The notes below the pieces were generated by a model. That model was not told where the DNA came from. It worked only from the letters and a program-made list of their open reading frames with translations, and searched no databases. The translations under genes were made by a program, and so were the position numbers. From Trypanosoma brucei (taxonomy: Eukaryota): a stretch of DNA of 64,000 nt. The DNA lies in contig CH464491.1 of the NCBI GenBank assembly GCA_000002445.1, forward strand, positions 1,408,001-1,472,000, in the 5' to 3' direction. Of the stretch, positions 40,385-51,055 are shown piece by piece. How positions within the stretch are numbered: the first letter of the stretch is position 1; every line of letters starts with the position of its first letter.

Positions 40385-43165
40385 ATGAAGGAGTTAAACG
40401 CCATTCTTCATGTATTGCACACTGACGCATTGTTGGCACTCATGGAATATATTTTGGTATGCCATCCCCGCGTTCTATTCCATCCCGCTGTTGGTGGTGT
40501 GGGAGGGACTAGCGGCAATGAATCGCCCTTTTGCAACGCCATTCTGTCGGCAATTCTCTGCCGATGTGTTGAGCTTTCCTCCAAACACGTCGCGTTCCTG
40601 GCCGGGCTCTGCGGTTCCAATGGCATAAGCTCTTATTTGTTGCTTTTAATTCTGTACCATACGCGGCAATCATTGCGACGGACCCAGGCAACACAGGTTC
40701 TGCAGTCGCTGTGTTCCCTCGCCCTGCACCGCAAACCCATAGTGGCGGGAGAAGCCACAGCCTCCCATATTTCTGTGCAGTCCACCGTACTAAGTTCGCT
40801 GCTGGTGCGCTGCATGGAGTTGGAGGCAGTGCATGAGGGACATGATATGCGACTGTTGCTTTGCCGCGCCTTACTTCTTCACGGAAGCGATATGCAGAAG
40901 GAAATTAGAGCTGCGTGCGGTTGGTGGTGTCGAAAGGGAACCACCTCTCGCCGTCGTGCCGAGGTCCGCAACGATAGCTATATCAAAAAAGGGAATGCAT
41001 CCTTACTTTCACTTCCATTCGAGATAGAGCTAAGTGATGCTTCGTCACCTGCAGCCGCCTTCGCCGCAATGGAGGCGGCTAGTCGGCTGCTCAATTTGCC
41101 TGACGTCAACAAAGAATACTTGTTGTTGCTTGCGAGGCGTCGAGTTCTTGTTTCCTCTAGGTCGCCATCGTGTACCGGAAGCGTTGGACCGATATCAGTG
41201 AAGCTGGGACCCTCAGTTGCTTCGACTGATACCATCTCGTGTAAAGTACCTCCCGCACTCCACCAAGAGATACCAGCGGCGAAACAGCTTAAGGGTGAGG
41301 CCAGACTTTTAGGGTTGGAGGCACTGACACGGCGCTTGTTGGATGTGACACAATTACACTCGGCGGTCAGCTTGGTCGACGCCGTTCTTCAGAACTGCCC
41401 GGCCCTAAGCCAATTGCTGGTTCACCGCATTTTTCAGCTTTGTCTCGCGGAGGAGCATTGGGATGTGAGTCCGGCTGGAGTTTCCGCGGCGGAGGAACTG
41501 ACAGTGGAAGTGCTCACTGCTTTGTATCGTTTATTACCACACGTAGACGTGGCGGATACCCTGGAAGAAGTCATTATGTACTGCGGACCGGCCTGTGTGC
41601 GGTGTGAGGAGGCATGTGCACGTAGCAGCACCTCGCTGACACTGTATTATTCGCTAATCAAATGTGTCGCGTTACACATTCCGCCTGATACTCTTCCTAA
41701 ACTCTTTTGGCGGCTGCACCGTAAGCGAGAGCTTGCGGCATTTCGGGTTTCTTCAATAATGCTGCGTATTTTACTGCAATCAGTGGAGTACAGTGCCCTT
41801 GGCTCGTTCACTGCTGAAGAGGTGGGAATTGTACACAGTTTTGTGCAGCAGGAACGTACGAAAGTAGATCCATGTGTTGTAATTGAACATCAACAAGAAG
41901 GGAAAGAGTTGAAGAACAGTGACAATAGTACCACGGAGTCGAGCGGCGCTCTTCTAGATGCTATTGATGAATATACAAGGATGAGATTACAATGTGTTGG
42001 TAACTTTAAATCGTTGCCCCTCTACTTGCTAGGAAGCCCTAACGATGCTGTGGAAGGGGATTCAACGTCTGCGCAACACGCGTTTTCGGTGGCCCTGATG
42101 GACATGTTCGGTTTGAAGGCTGCAAGTTACGTTGGACCAACTGCCGTGCTGCGGTACCGGGAAATGCTGGCGTGGTTGTATGTTGTTTATCACATGTCGA
42201 TATCTGTTGGTTGCGATGTGGAAGTTCTTACAAAATTGGCCACGACGCAGGGGATGAAGCTGCGCATTAGCGAGAGGTGCAGGGTGCTGGTAGAGTTATC
42301 GGAGTCTCTAACGGATAATGTTGTCATGACTGCGTTTAGCAGCCAAGTGTTGCGACAGGAAAGTGTTGCGGAGACCCCAGGGTGGAATATATGTTTCAAG
42401 AGTTGGTTGCTTCGTCGGCAGCAAAGCCAAGCAGAGCTTCAGCATGTGCTCGCAGGGGCTGATTTTGACGAGTCAGCGGCCGCATTCATCAGCTATGTTG
42501 CACTGTCCCAGAACGATACTGCAGTTATACACCAAATCAAGCAACGTACATCGTGGACGTCTTGTGCTGCTGTTCTCCTCCGCACAGACACCGAACTGAA
42601 CAGCGAAAAGTACCGAGCTCCATTTTCAGGGGGTGAAGGCGGCGTGACATTTTGTGCCAACTTCAATATTGATAATACTTTCGGCGGCACATATGGTGGA
42701 GGTGTTGTTAGGGAACAGGTTGCACTTGTGGGTGAAGTTCTTGCGGTTGCGAGGTGTGCTATAAAGTTTGCTGAGGGGTGGTGGGACAACCCTTATTATG
42801 AAAACAGTGAGATGCCTGCAACGGCACAGCTGGCGTGTATTTGGGCTCACACCGACTTGCTTTTTCTGGAGGAAGATTGCGTTCGAAAGTTAGAACATTA
42901 CGAAGCTCTTCTACGGCTGTGTAAGGGCGAAAGGTACGTAAAGTTCCTGCAGCACTTGCCCGAAGGTACTCACTCCGATATATTTGGTCTCACTCTGGGA
43001 ATGTGGCAACGAGGGTTGGCGTTGCTTGGACTTGCAGAGCAACTTCCTCAGAGTTTCTCCCTTCCAGCTGAGGTGTATCGTACAAGCATGCGGGCATGCC
43101 TGATGAACCGTGTACCGATCCCTAGCTTCATCCGTCAGAAGGCAATGGGCCTAGGTCCAAGCTGA
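40385..43165 (+). CDS. hypothetical conserved large protein; the track ORF begins at a TTG at 40055 and the first ATG is 40385
   Basis: About 2.8 kb uninterrupted + strand ORF, helix-rich with no diagnostic motif. Start choice is uncertain. Confidence 0.45.
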   Translation: MKELNAILHVLHTDALLALMEYILVCHPRVLFHPAVGGVGGTSGNESPFCNAILSAILCRCVELSSKHVAFLAGLCGSNGISSYLLLLILYHTRQSLRRTQATQVLQSLCSLALHRKPIVAGEATASHISVQSTVLSSLLVRCMELEAVHEGHDMRLLLCRALLLHGSDMQKEIRAACGWWCRKGTTSRRRAEVRNDSYIKKGNASLLSLPFEIELSDASSPAAAFAAMEAASRLLNLPDVNKEYLLLLARRRVLVSSRSPSCTGSVGPISVKLGPSVASTDTISCKVPPALHQEIPAAKQLKGEARLLGLEALTRRLLDVTQLHSAVSLVDAVLQNCPALSQLLVHRIFQLCLAEEHWDVSPAGVSAAEELTVEVLTALYRLLPHVDVADTLEEVIMYCGPACVRCEEACARSSTSLTLYYSLIKCVALHIPPDTLPKLFWRLHRKRELAAFRVSSIMLRILLQSVEYSALGSFTAEEVGIVHSFVQQERTKVDPCVVIEHQQEGKELKNSDNSTTESSGALLDAIDEYTRMRLQCVGNFKSLPLYLLGSPNDAVEGDSTSAQHAFSVALMDMFGLKAASYVGPTAVLRYREMLAWLYVVYHMSISVGCDVEVLTKLATTQGMKLRISERCRVLVELSESLTDNVVMTAFSSQVLRQESVAETPGWNICFKSWLLRRQQSQAELQHVLAGADFDESAAAFISYVALSQNDTAVIHQIKQRTSWTSCAAVLLRTDTELNSEKYRAPFSGGEGGVTFCANFNIDNTFGGTYGGGVVREQVALVGEVLAVARCAIKFAEGWWDNPYYENSEMPATAQLACIWAHTDLLFLEEDCVRKLEHYEALLRLCKGERYVKFLQHLPEGTHSDIFGLTLGMWQRGLALLGLAEQLPQSFSLPAEVYRTSMRACLMNRVPIPSFIRQKAMGLGPS

Positions 43166-43647
43166 TTCAACTACCGTGGTTTCATTTTTCATTTCCAAGA
43201 CGACGACTGCTGTTCATCAAACCATGCCAATGAGCACCGACCATCGTTCTGCCAGCACGCTTTGGTTTGAGCGAGTGTTTGCAGCGCCCTTTGAGTGGCT
43301 CTTGTTTTGTAGTGTAGTTGGATGGAGGATTGCTGTTCTTGTTCCATCCCCCTCCTTAATCGCCGTCCCGCACTTCATGCTGAACGTTTCGGTGTTTAGC
43401 CTCTAGCATGTTGTGGAAAAGGGTGAGTTGTACCGGCATAATATATTGTTTGGAGTTGCATCCTTCTGTTTTTGTTTCTAACCCAAGGCTAGGTTTGTCA
43501 TATACGCTGAGGTAAGTTTTGGGTGGTTGTGGTTCGAATTTCCAAGCAGTTCATCAACCAACTCAAACTGCAGCTCGCGCATACGCAAGAGACACATCAT
43601 CAATTATTAGGCGAGGGCCAATATTGCGGTCCAGACGGTGGTGGGGC

Positions 43648-44481
43648 ATGTTGAATGCGGCGCTTTACGAGCGGACGCAAATTATAATCGGAGATGAGGG
43701 CGTGAAAAGGCTCCATCAGGTTAATATATTTCTTGCTGGAGTTGGGGGTGTGGGAGGCCACTGTGCTGAGGCTCTCGTGCGAGGTGGCGTCGGTAAGATT
43801 ACCATATGCGACTACGATGTTGTGTCCGCGACCAATAAAAATCGACAACTCGTGGCAATGGATAGCACTGTAGGAAAAAGCAAGGTAGACGTCCTTGCTC
43901 GTCGGTTGCAGGACATCAACGCCCACTGTCGCGTGACAGCATTGGAGGCGTTGTTGCTTCCAGAGGATATGGAGGATTTTTTGACACGTCAGCGCTACGA
44001 TTATGTGGTGGATTGCATTGACAGCGTCGAGTGTAAGGTTGCGCTGCTGAGCACAGCGGTGCGACTCGGGCTGCGCACGTATGCCTCATGTGGTGCTGGC
44101 GGCCGGGTGGACCCTTCACTCGTTAGGGTTAGTGACATTTTTGACACCGTGAACGACGCCTTAGCTCGCTGTTGTCGAAGTGAGCTACGTAAGCGCGGTG
44201 TTGGACCTGGTGCCATTACAGCTGTGCACAGTAGTGAGTTGGGTTGTCCTCCCTTGGAACCCCAACGGCAAGAGGCGGGTGGACGGGACCGAGCCATCAA
44301 CGGTACGGTAAGTTACATGCCACCTTTGTTCGGGCTGTTGCTTGCATCTTCTGTACTGAGGCACGCGGTGGACCCTGTAAAAGCAGAAAAAGAAGCAGAG
44401 CGGAGATTGAAGAAGGCAAAGAAAGAGGAGGCTCGGGCTCACAAGAAGGCTTCCCGGTTGGTAGGCGTGAAACGATGCTGA
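43648..44481 (+). CDS. ThiF/MoeB-family E1-like enzyme, TcdA/CsdL-type (tRNA cyclic-t6A dehydratase family); the track ORF begins at a TTG at 43519
   Basis: Nucleotide-binding loop IFLAGVGGVGGHCAEALVRGGVGKITICDYDVVSATNKNRQ matches the TcdA pattern (V.GLGGVGS..AEALAR.G.G..TL.D.D.V...N.NRQ). A basic C-terminal tail follows. Confidence 0.7.
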   Translation: MLNAALYERTQIIIGDEGVKRLHQVNIFLAGVGGVGGHCAEALVRGGVGKITICDYDVVSATNKNRQLVAMDSTVGKSKVDVLARRLQDINAHCRVTALEALLLPEDMEDFLTRQRYDYVVDCIDSVECKVALLSTAVRLGLRTYASCGAGGRVDPSLVRVSDIFDTVNDALARCCRSELRKRGVGPGAITAVHSSELGCPPLEPQRQEAGGRDRAINGTVSYMPPLFGLLLASSVLRHAVDPVKAEKEAERRLKKAKKEEARAHKKASRLVGVKRC

Positions 44482-45023
44482 AGGAGCGTGTGCGTGCGTG
44501 TGTCATATTGTAATAATTGCGATGAAGCACCGGACTTTTGCATCTTTGGTTTAAATTGTGTTGCGCATTGCTTGTCCACACGTTTAATGGGCATTGGATT
44601 AAAGCATGCACATCACCTGCGCTGTCGCTTCGCATAACATCTCCATGCCCTCAAGTTCGTTGGTACTTGGAAGCTGTGTGTGACACGCACATGAGGCATA
44701 GCTAGTGTCTGAAGGTAATGAAGCGGAGGTCCCCTTTCCCGTAGTTTCCCCCTTCTTACCGGCGGATCATTGATGTCTCCCTTTTATTCTCCTTATAAAG
44801 AAAGGAAAAAAGTTTAAACCACCCATTACGCAATACTCCGTTCCTGACACATACATACAGGATCTAATAACACCAGCGAGGTCAACATCACATACACATT
44901 TACATTTGTTCCACTAGCTTAGTTAGTTGTTAGGTGAAGTGCAGCGGAACAGCGCGGTTGGCCTTTTGCTGCGGCCTTACGCTCCTCTTCTAATTTATTA
45001 CTTAGGGAAGTTTGGTTTTAGGG

Positions 45024-45776
45024 ATGCAAAGGCACAGTTCGCACCTGCTTTTGCTCCTAGTTGCAGTTGTCATCCCCGTTTGTTCCGAGGATAAACTGGA
45101 CTTTACTAAGTTGCGTGACCCGTTTGACATGGATGAAATAAACAGGAAGCTTCAGGAAAAAGTTGCCGACGATGATCCGGTCCAGAAGGCGATGCCAGAT
45201 CCAATGGATCCAAAGTTTCGCGCACCCCTCCGGTGCTCCGCATGTGGAGCCGTTATTGAGCACGCTGTCCGACTTCTAAGGCCCATCATTGAACGACAGT
45301 CAGAGCGAGCAGCTCGCAGCGGCGGTGTTTTGCCGGCTGACGCACTGCCAAAAGAGTACGAAATGGTTGACATTTTTGAGAATTTGTGCGGTGAGGTGGG
45401 GCGCCTGTACGGACTGGAGGTTGAGAAAGACAAGAAGAGGCCCACGTTGCGCTTTTCCAAATCATTTGGTGTAAGCCGCCTGCAGGGCGCATGGATGCCA
45501 TCTTTTCTTACCTCTACATGTGAGGGTGTACTTGATGTGGAGGGGGAAGAGAAACTTGCCGCCATGATCCTTGGGGTTGCGAGGTCTGAGGCTGAGGCAG
45601 GGAGGGGAAAAGTAATATCAATGAATCCAGATCAAGGGATCGTAGACAAGGTACGCGAGATGGTCTGCACAAAATGGGAAGAGTCTGCGAAGGGATGTGA
45701 CGCATATGGTGTGGCAATCGATCCGAGGGAGACTGACAACGATGATGGTGCTGAAGAAGCTGCTAGTGATCTATAG
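45024..45776 (+). CDS. hypothetical secreted/ER-lumenal protein with signal peptide; track start 45012 is TTG
   Basis: MQRHSSHLLLLLVAVVIPVCSED is a classic signal peptide. Paired cysteines (CSACG, LCGEV, VCTKW, KGCD). Acidic C-terminus. Confidence 0.5.
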   Translation: MQRHSSHLLLLLVAVVIPVCSEDKLDFTKLRDPFDMDEINRKLQEKVADDDPVQKAMPDPMDPKFRAPLRCSACGAVIEHAVRLLRPIIERQSERAARSGGVLPADALPKEYEMVDIFENLCGEVGRLYGLEVEKDKKRPTLRFSKSFGVSRLQGAWMPSFLTSTCEGVLDVEGEEKLAAMILGVARSEAEAGRGKVISMNPDQGIVDKVREMVCTKWEESAKGCDAYGVAIDPRETDNDDGAEEAASDL

Positions 45777-46558
45777 GGCCTGCAGGGACGTATGATCACT
45801 TGCTGAATTAATGTGAGTCGTGGGATCTGTAGAGATGCGGCGGAATGTCGTTCAACGTTTTGTTAGTTACTATTTGTTGTTATCATTATTAATACTGTTA
45901 TTATGTTTTGGTCGTCAGTTTATATTGTGTGATGTTCGTTACGCTACTACATGAGTTTTTTTTGCCGGTCTCCTGGTATGATGAGAGCATTTCGCCATAA
46001 TCCTCCACTGTTACCCCCTCTTTCCGTTTGTTTTGGTGTGTGTTTTTTGCCTATCTCAGTGGGTCGACTGCAAGGTCGATGTCTTCTCTATTTATTTTGT
46101 TGCTTTTCAATCTTCCTTTTTCTTTTTAATTTTTTAATGGTTACAGTGGAACAGTAACGCACACAAGGGATCCAAAAAAAAAAAAAGTAATAATCATATA
46201 CGGTAATCCTTGAGGGCATTTTCAGTACCATTAATTCCTAGGGTTGGCCGCGGAAGCCTTCCCACGAACTCTTTGTTTTTAAATTTGTTTTCTGCTGTTA
46301 TTGCTGTTGCTAACACAGCTTTCGTTTTGGGTTCAAGAGAGAAAGATCACGTAGGTTCGTTATTCGTAGCGAGGGAGAGGAGTCGCAAAAAAAAAAAAAA
46401 AAGAAAAAAGTGGCACTTGTGGAAAAGGCCAAAGAGGCCTCTCTTCTTCGTGTTCTTCTTCCTTCATTAGTGTGAGGGTTGAGTTTACCACCGAGAAAGT
46501 GACTGTGTTTGCTTAGTTTCACCGTGTCCTACATTTTACTAGAGGGTGTGACGAGAAA

Positions 46559-49500
46559 ATGGTGTATGAGAGTGAATCTTGCAGAAATATTACTTCTGCT
46601 GAAGATCGTGGTAGGGCATCGTCAGTCGTCGTGGAGCACCTGCGCGCTGCAATCGTTCAGGCAATGAAGAGTTCTGAGACGGCGGAGCTCGTCGCATTAA
46701 TATGTGACAACAACGGGCTAACGGTGGAGGAATTTCTTCAGGCGCCGCATGAATTTACGGAAATGGAACTTTTTCTGCTGGCGACACCACAGCTTCCTCA
46801 ACTGCGCTTATTTCCGTACCTTACCGTTGTTAAGGTCATGCACGTTGGACTGGAAAGTATGGAGCCTTTTTCACCTCTGCACCACATAGAGGAGTTGTGG
46901 TTGTGCGATAACAACATCACTGTGATTGAGGGCGTGCGGCAAATGCGGAGCCTCAAATATCTTTATTTGCAGGGCAATCTTATCGAGTCAATGGATGGTA
47001 TTCCGTCTCTTCCCAATCTGGAAAGACTGTGGCTCTGTAGGAATCGGCTCCAGAATATACGGAAGCTTGATTTACTGCCGCAGTTACGGTCGCTGTGGGT
47101 CGCATCGAACCGTATCACGTCACTGGAGGGCGCTTTTGATTCCAGTATGACTGCATTGGAGGAACTTAACTTGTCCAACAATCAAATATATTTCTTCGGA
47201 CAAATCAAGAATTTGAGTGTTCTCAAATCTCTTCGCGTTCTGTGGCTGAGTGACCCTATGTACGGTGACGCCCCCATTTATCACTTGAGTAATTACACTA
47301 CCTTTTCATTGCAACATTTACCACACTTGGAGCAACTCGATGGTGTTTCAATTACGATGGAGCAACGTTCATTGACCGTGTCTGTGTACGCAAAAAAGAG
47401 CATATATTACAGCATGAGAGGGGCTATACTCAACGGTAATGTAGCTCTCATGTATAAATTTGCGCAACAGGAGGCGGAGAAGAAACGCAACTTCGCGCGC
47501 GATGCGATACGTCGTTTGGATATACAACTGATGAAGTTAGGCGAGTATGGCCGTGACGGCCAATATGTGAGTCGAGTTGTAACCGCCGAAGAGGAAGCGC
47601 ACCGTCAAACGCTGAAGCGTGCGCGAGAAACCCGGGAGGTGGAATTAGAGGGGATTGAAAGACAGTTATTAGAAGCATGGAGCCGGACCACGTTCGAAAC
47701 GGAAAGTTTACACGAGAGACTGCTTCTAGAACTTAATTCGTGTGGAAGCATTCGACTAGAAGAAGGCTCTGAAGCCGATAGTTGGTATGTCAATGCCGGG
47801 GAATTGCTGACTTCGCGCTTTGACGCCGATTTGTACGAAGGTATGGGCGTGACGGGCGTAAAGGTGAATCGCGTGTTTCGCATTACCTGTCAGGGCCTGC
47901 GGGAGCGCTTTGACAACCGGATACGTGAACTTGACGTTGACCTCGCAGATACTCGAAACCGACGCGCACTAATTCGTCTCTTTAGTGCAATACCTCGACA
48001 TGCTAAAGACCAGCGTAGTTTCCTGTATGAGGTAATGACTAATGGTTTTCCTGGACTCTATGCTGAGGATGAGGGTGTACCTTTAACGAACAGTTTGTTT
48101 TACGCGGATCAAGAACGACTTCTTTCATTGAAGAGGAATCGGAATATATTCGGTCTGACGTCGCAACCGGATCAACTTTCCGCCCAGCTTTTGGTCTCAC
48201 GCTTATTCCTAGGCAAATGTGTTGCAGAGATGGGAGGCGGTCGGGACACCAGTTTGGAAGAAGGAGGTGATAAGGCTGTCGAACAGCCTTTCATGACCGG
48301 ACGCCGCAAAGTCACGAGGCGACACTATGGTGACGGGGTATTTTCTGTTTATCGCGCATCCGAACACAACCCTGCTGTGAAGGTGTGGCACGTCTTTGAT
48401 AAGTGTCTCTTGCTTCCCGAGTACGTGATTGATTTTACGTACACGACGAAAGCGCACCTCACCATCAGTCCTCCACTGTCCATGTATGATAAAAGGGAAT
48501 CGTTACAAGCTCTGCTTGATAAAGTAATGCCTATGGGCGCCCAAGACGCTATCAACGACGCGCGGACGGCAGGATATCCACTGCTTCACTTCTTGCATTG
48601 GTTGGACAGCAACGCCTTTCATGTTTATAGCAGTGGTGAGACGGAGAAGGCTATTAGTCGCGCCAAGGAACTATACCAACCTAAACACGGTCTGATGCTT
48701 ATCAATGGGCCACTCACTAATGAACTAGTGGACTCATACATTAGCAACTACGGCACTCTTAGTGACTCTATGTTAACATATTGTGACATATCTGAAAAGC
48801 AAATTCATTGCATCCCAGAATCACTCACCACTTCCGCGTGGGGAGCACTGAAAACACTTCTTCTACACCATAATAAAATAACTACTGTTGCGTGGGAGGC
48901 CCTTGCAAACGCTGCTCCGACCCTCGAAACGTTAGACCTTGGAAACAATGAAATTGCGCGAATCGATCTCGGAGCTGCATCGTTTCCAGGCCTGAAAAAA
49001 TTGTGTTTGAGCTTCAACAGCTGTAGTGCGATGGATGACCTGCGTCAGTTGCCGGCGAAGATGCCGGAGTTGTGCTGCCTTCACATAGACCATAATCCGT
49101 GGATGATGAACAAGGTTGTGGAGCCCTTTTGCGTTTCTATCATGCCAGAGTTGCAGCAACTCAATGGTATTGCCATCTCAAGGCATGCCCGCCTCAGCTA
49201 TTTACGGAAGCGAACTTTAATGCTGAACCAGTCTACGTTGCAGTACATAGTTTCTGAAGAGCAGAAATTGCGCGCGGAGTCGGCGACCGAAGCATTTCCC
49301 AACAGTGGGTGCGGGAATGTGTTAGATGACAGTAGTAGTAGTAACAATAACAATAGCGATGTCTTTAGATCACGCTACTTCGAGCAGGTGATTGCGAACA
49401 TGGCTGATAGGGTGAACCAGGATCGCCCGTTCGCGCCAACTGCGGGGAAGGAGTTGTCAGGACCACCACTGAGAAGTGTTCGCGCCTTTTCATTTCATAG

Positions 49501-51055
49501 TAGTCTTAGCAGTGATATCAAGTGGGTCACACTACTGCCGCAGTTACGTCATCTTAGTCTTACTTCTCACCTAATAGAGGATATTAGTCCTCTGGCGCAG
49601 CTGCGGCATCTTAGGACACTGAATTTGAATGACAATCTTGTTAACTCAACAAAACCACTGGAAGGAATGAGGTTAATTTCCCTCGATCTTTCTAGAAATT
49701 GTCTTTATGAGGTGGACGGTATAGCAAGTCTTTGTGATTTGCGGTTTCTCTCCATCCGGCAGAACTTCATCACCAGTGTTACGGAACTACAGAATTGTCT
49801 TTCCCTTGAAGAACTATACCTTGCAGACAATAATGTCCCCGATGTACGTGAATTGTGCTTGCTTCAGAGCTTACCGAAACTAGTTTCAATGGACGCTGCG
49901 GGAAATCTTTGTGCTGAGCGTGAGAACGCGGAGAAGCTCACGGAGTATCGAGACTGTCTCTTGTACAATATGCCAAAGCTGAAGGTGCTTGATGGTCTCC
50001 CTGTTGCGGAGGCCGACCAGCAACGTGCACGGGATGTTTTTGCGGGACGTGTAAGCGCTGACTTACTTATTGAGCGTGTGGGGCCCGTTGAAATGTGGGG
50101 CACGGCTCAAGAGGTGGATCTTTCACACTGCGGTTTGAGGGAGTTGACCTTACTCGATCCCTTCAGTTGCCTCAGGGTGCTCCACTTGCATCACAACAAT
50201 TTGGAACGGATTGATGGGCTCTCATCCTTAACCAGTATTGTTGCACTTGATCTTTCCCACAACAGGTTGGGACATTGCGCCGTTGGCCGAGTGCTACGGA
50301 ATCTTCCGAACATTCATTCACTTTCTCTCGAGGGTAATCACATTACTGATGTTTCAGCCCTAAGCCTTGCTTTACCACGACTTCAATTTCTGAATCTCAA
50401 AGGGAACGAAATTTCTTCGATTGAAACGGGCTTACAAGACCTCCCAGCACTACGCGAACTACTGTTGGACAACAACAAATTACGTGCCTTAGGACCCGAT
50501 TGCTTTGCGAACAATCACCAGCTTACAGATGTTTCAGCCGACGAAAATTATATCCGCACCATCGATGGTCTGCAGTCGTTACCGAGGCTCTCAATCTTGT
50601 CACTTGGGTCCAACCGACTTGGCGATATCCGTGCAATCGCCCAGGTTCTGCGGCACAGCGGCTGCCTCGCTGCTGCCACCTTTATAGGGAATGCTGTTGC
50701 CCGTAAACCTCCGTATCGCGTGCATATGATAGCGGCACTTCCCACGCTAACAACTCTGGATCATCGTGAGATTACTGATGATGAACGTGAGCGAGCTGAA
50801 TTGATGCGTAACGCGGAGATCGGTACTCCGCATAATGTCGTACTCGATACAACTTTCCCCGCTGAAGCGGTGGGTGGTGCCCGAGCGAGTGCTCCTGTTG
50901 GGACCCTTCGCTCGATTGTGTTACATTCGCATCGCTTTCCTGCCCCAGCAACCCCGCGCCTCCAACTGCCGGTATGTAAAAACCCTCGTGGGGAGCAGCA
51001 TGGACGAGAGGGCGTTGGGAAGGGATTTGCTCCGCGGCTACACGGTGCCCGTTAA
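46559..51055 (+). CDS. large leucine-rich-repeat protein (SDS22-like/typical LRRs in at least four blocks)
   Basis: ATG start. LRR blocks at about aa 90-260, 740-860, 990-1120 and 1180-1400, e.g. LEELNLSNNQI, LETLDLGNNEIARIDL, LRTLNLNDNLVNS, LDLSHNRL, LNLKGNEISSIE. Coiled-coil segments lie between the blocks. Confidence 0.75.
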   Translation: MVYESESCRNITSAEDRGRASSVVVEHLRAAIVQAMKSSETAELVALICDNNGLTVEEFLQAPHEFTEMELFLLATPQLPQLRLFPYLTVVKVMHVGLESMEPFSPLHHIEELWLCDNNITVIEGVRQMRSLKYLYLQGNLIESMDGIPSLPNLERLWLCRNRLQNIRKLDLLPQLRSLWVASNRITSLEGAFDSSMTALEELNLSNNQIYFFGQIKNLSVLKSLRVLWLSDPMYGDAPIYHLSNYTTFSLQHLPHLEQLDGVSITMEQRSLTVSVYAKKSIYYSMRGAILNGNVALMYKFAQQEAEKKRNFARDAIRRLDIQLMKLGEYGRDGQYVSRVVTAEEEAHRQTLKRARETREVELEGIERQLLEAWSRTTFETESLHERLLLELNSCGSIRLEEGSEADSWYVNAGELLTSRFDADLYEGMGVTGVKVNRVFRITCQGLRERFDNRIRELDVDLADTRNRRALIRLFSAIPRHAKDQRSFLYEVMTNGFPGLYAEDEGVPLTNSLFYADQERLLSLKRNRNIFGLTSQPDQLSAQLLVSRLFLGKCVAEMGGGRDTSLEEGGDKAVEQPFMTGRRKVTRRHYGDGVFSVYRASEHNPAVKVWHVFDKCLLLPEYVIDFTYTTKAHLTISPPLSMYDKRESLQALLDKVMPMGAQDAINDARTAGYPLLHFLHWLDSNAFHVYSSGETEKAISRAKELYQPKHGLMLINGPLTNELVDSYISNYGTLSDSMLTYCDISEKQIHCIPESLTTSAWGALKTLLLHHNKITTVAWEALANAAPTLETLDLGNNEIARIDLGAASFPGLKKLCLSFNSCSAMDDLRQLPAKMPELCCLHIDHNPWMMNKVVEPFCVSIMPELQQLNGIAISRHARLSYLRKRTLMLNQSTLQYIVSEEQKLRAESATEAFPNSGCGNVLDDSSSSNNNNSDVFRSRYFEQVIANMADRVNQDRPFAPTAGKELSGPPLRSVRAFSFHSSLSSDIKWVTLLPQLRHLSLTSHLIEDISPLAQLRHLRTLNLNDNLVNSTKPLEGMRLISLDLSRNCLYEVDGIASLCDLRFLSIRQNFITSVTELQNCLSLEELYLADNNVPDVRELCLLQSLPKLVSMDAAGNLCAERENAEKLTEYRDCLLYNMPKLKVLDGLPVAEADQQRARDVFAGRVSADLLIERVGPVEMWGTAQEVDLSHCGLRELTLLDPFSCLRVLHLHHNNLERIDGLSSLTSIVALDLSHNRLGHCAVGRVLRNLPNIHSLSLEGNHITDVSALSLALPRLQFLNLKGNEISSIETGLQDLPALRELLLDNNKLRALGPDCFANNHQLTDVSADENYIRTIDGLQSLPRLSILSLGSNRLGDIRAIAQVLRHSGCLAAATFIGNAVARKPPYRVHMIAALPTLTTLDHREITDDERERAELMRNAEIGTPHNVVLDTTFPAEAVGGARASAPVGTLRSIVLHSHRFPAPATPRLQLPVCKNPRGEQHGREGVGKGFAPRLHGAR

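Noticed and set aside
43519-43560. tRNA-like GGTTCGAAT T-loop motif
   Set aside because: The flanks do not form a T-stem or an acceptor/anticodon cloverleaf (GGTTCGAATTTCC rather than GGTTCGAATCC with a paired stem). It sits in the non-ATG 5' extension of the TcdA ORF.
44122-44135. Telomere-like TTAGGGTTAG (1.6 units)
   Set aside because: It is a single 10-mer inside the TcdA-like coding sequence (LVRVSD), with no tandem array. A chance occurrence is plausible.
46170-46410. Poly(A) runs (A13 at about 46178, A16 at about 46388) as possible retroposon (RIME/ingi) tails
   Set aside because: There are no flanking target-site duplications and no recognisable element body. Short A-runs are common in trypanosomatid spacers.
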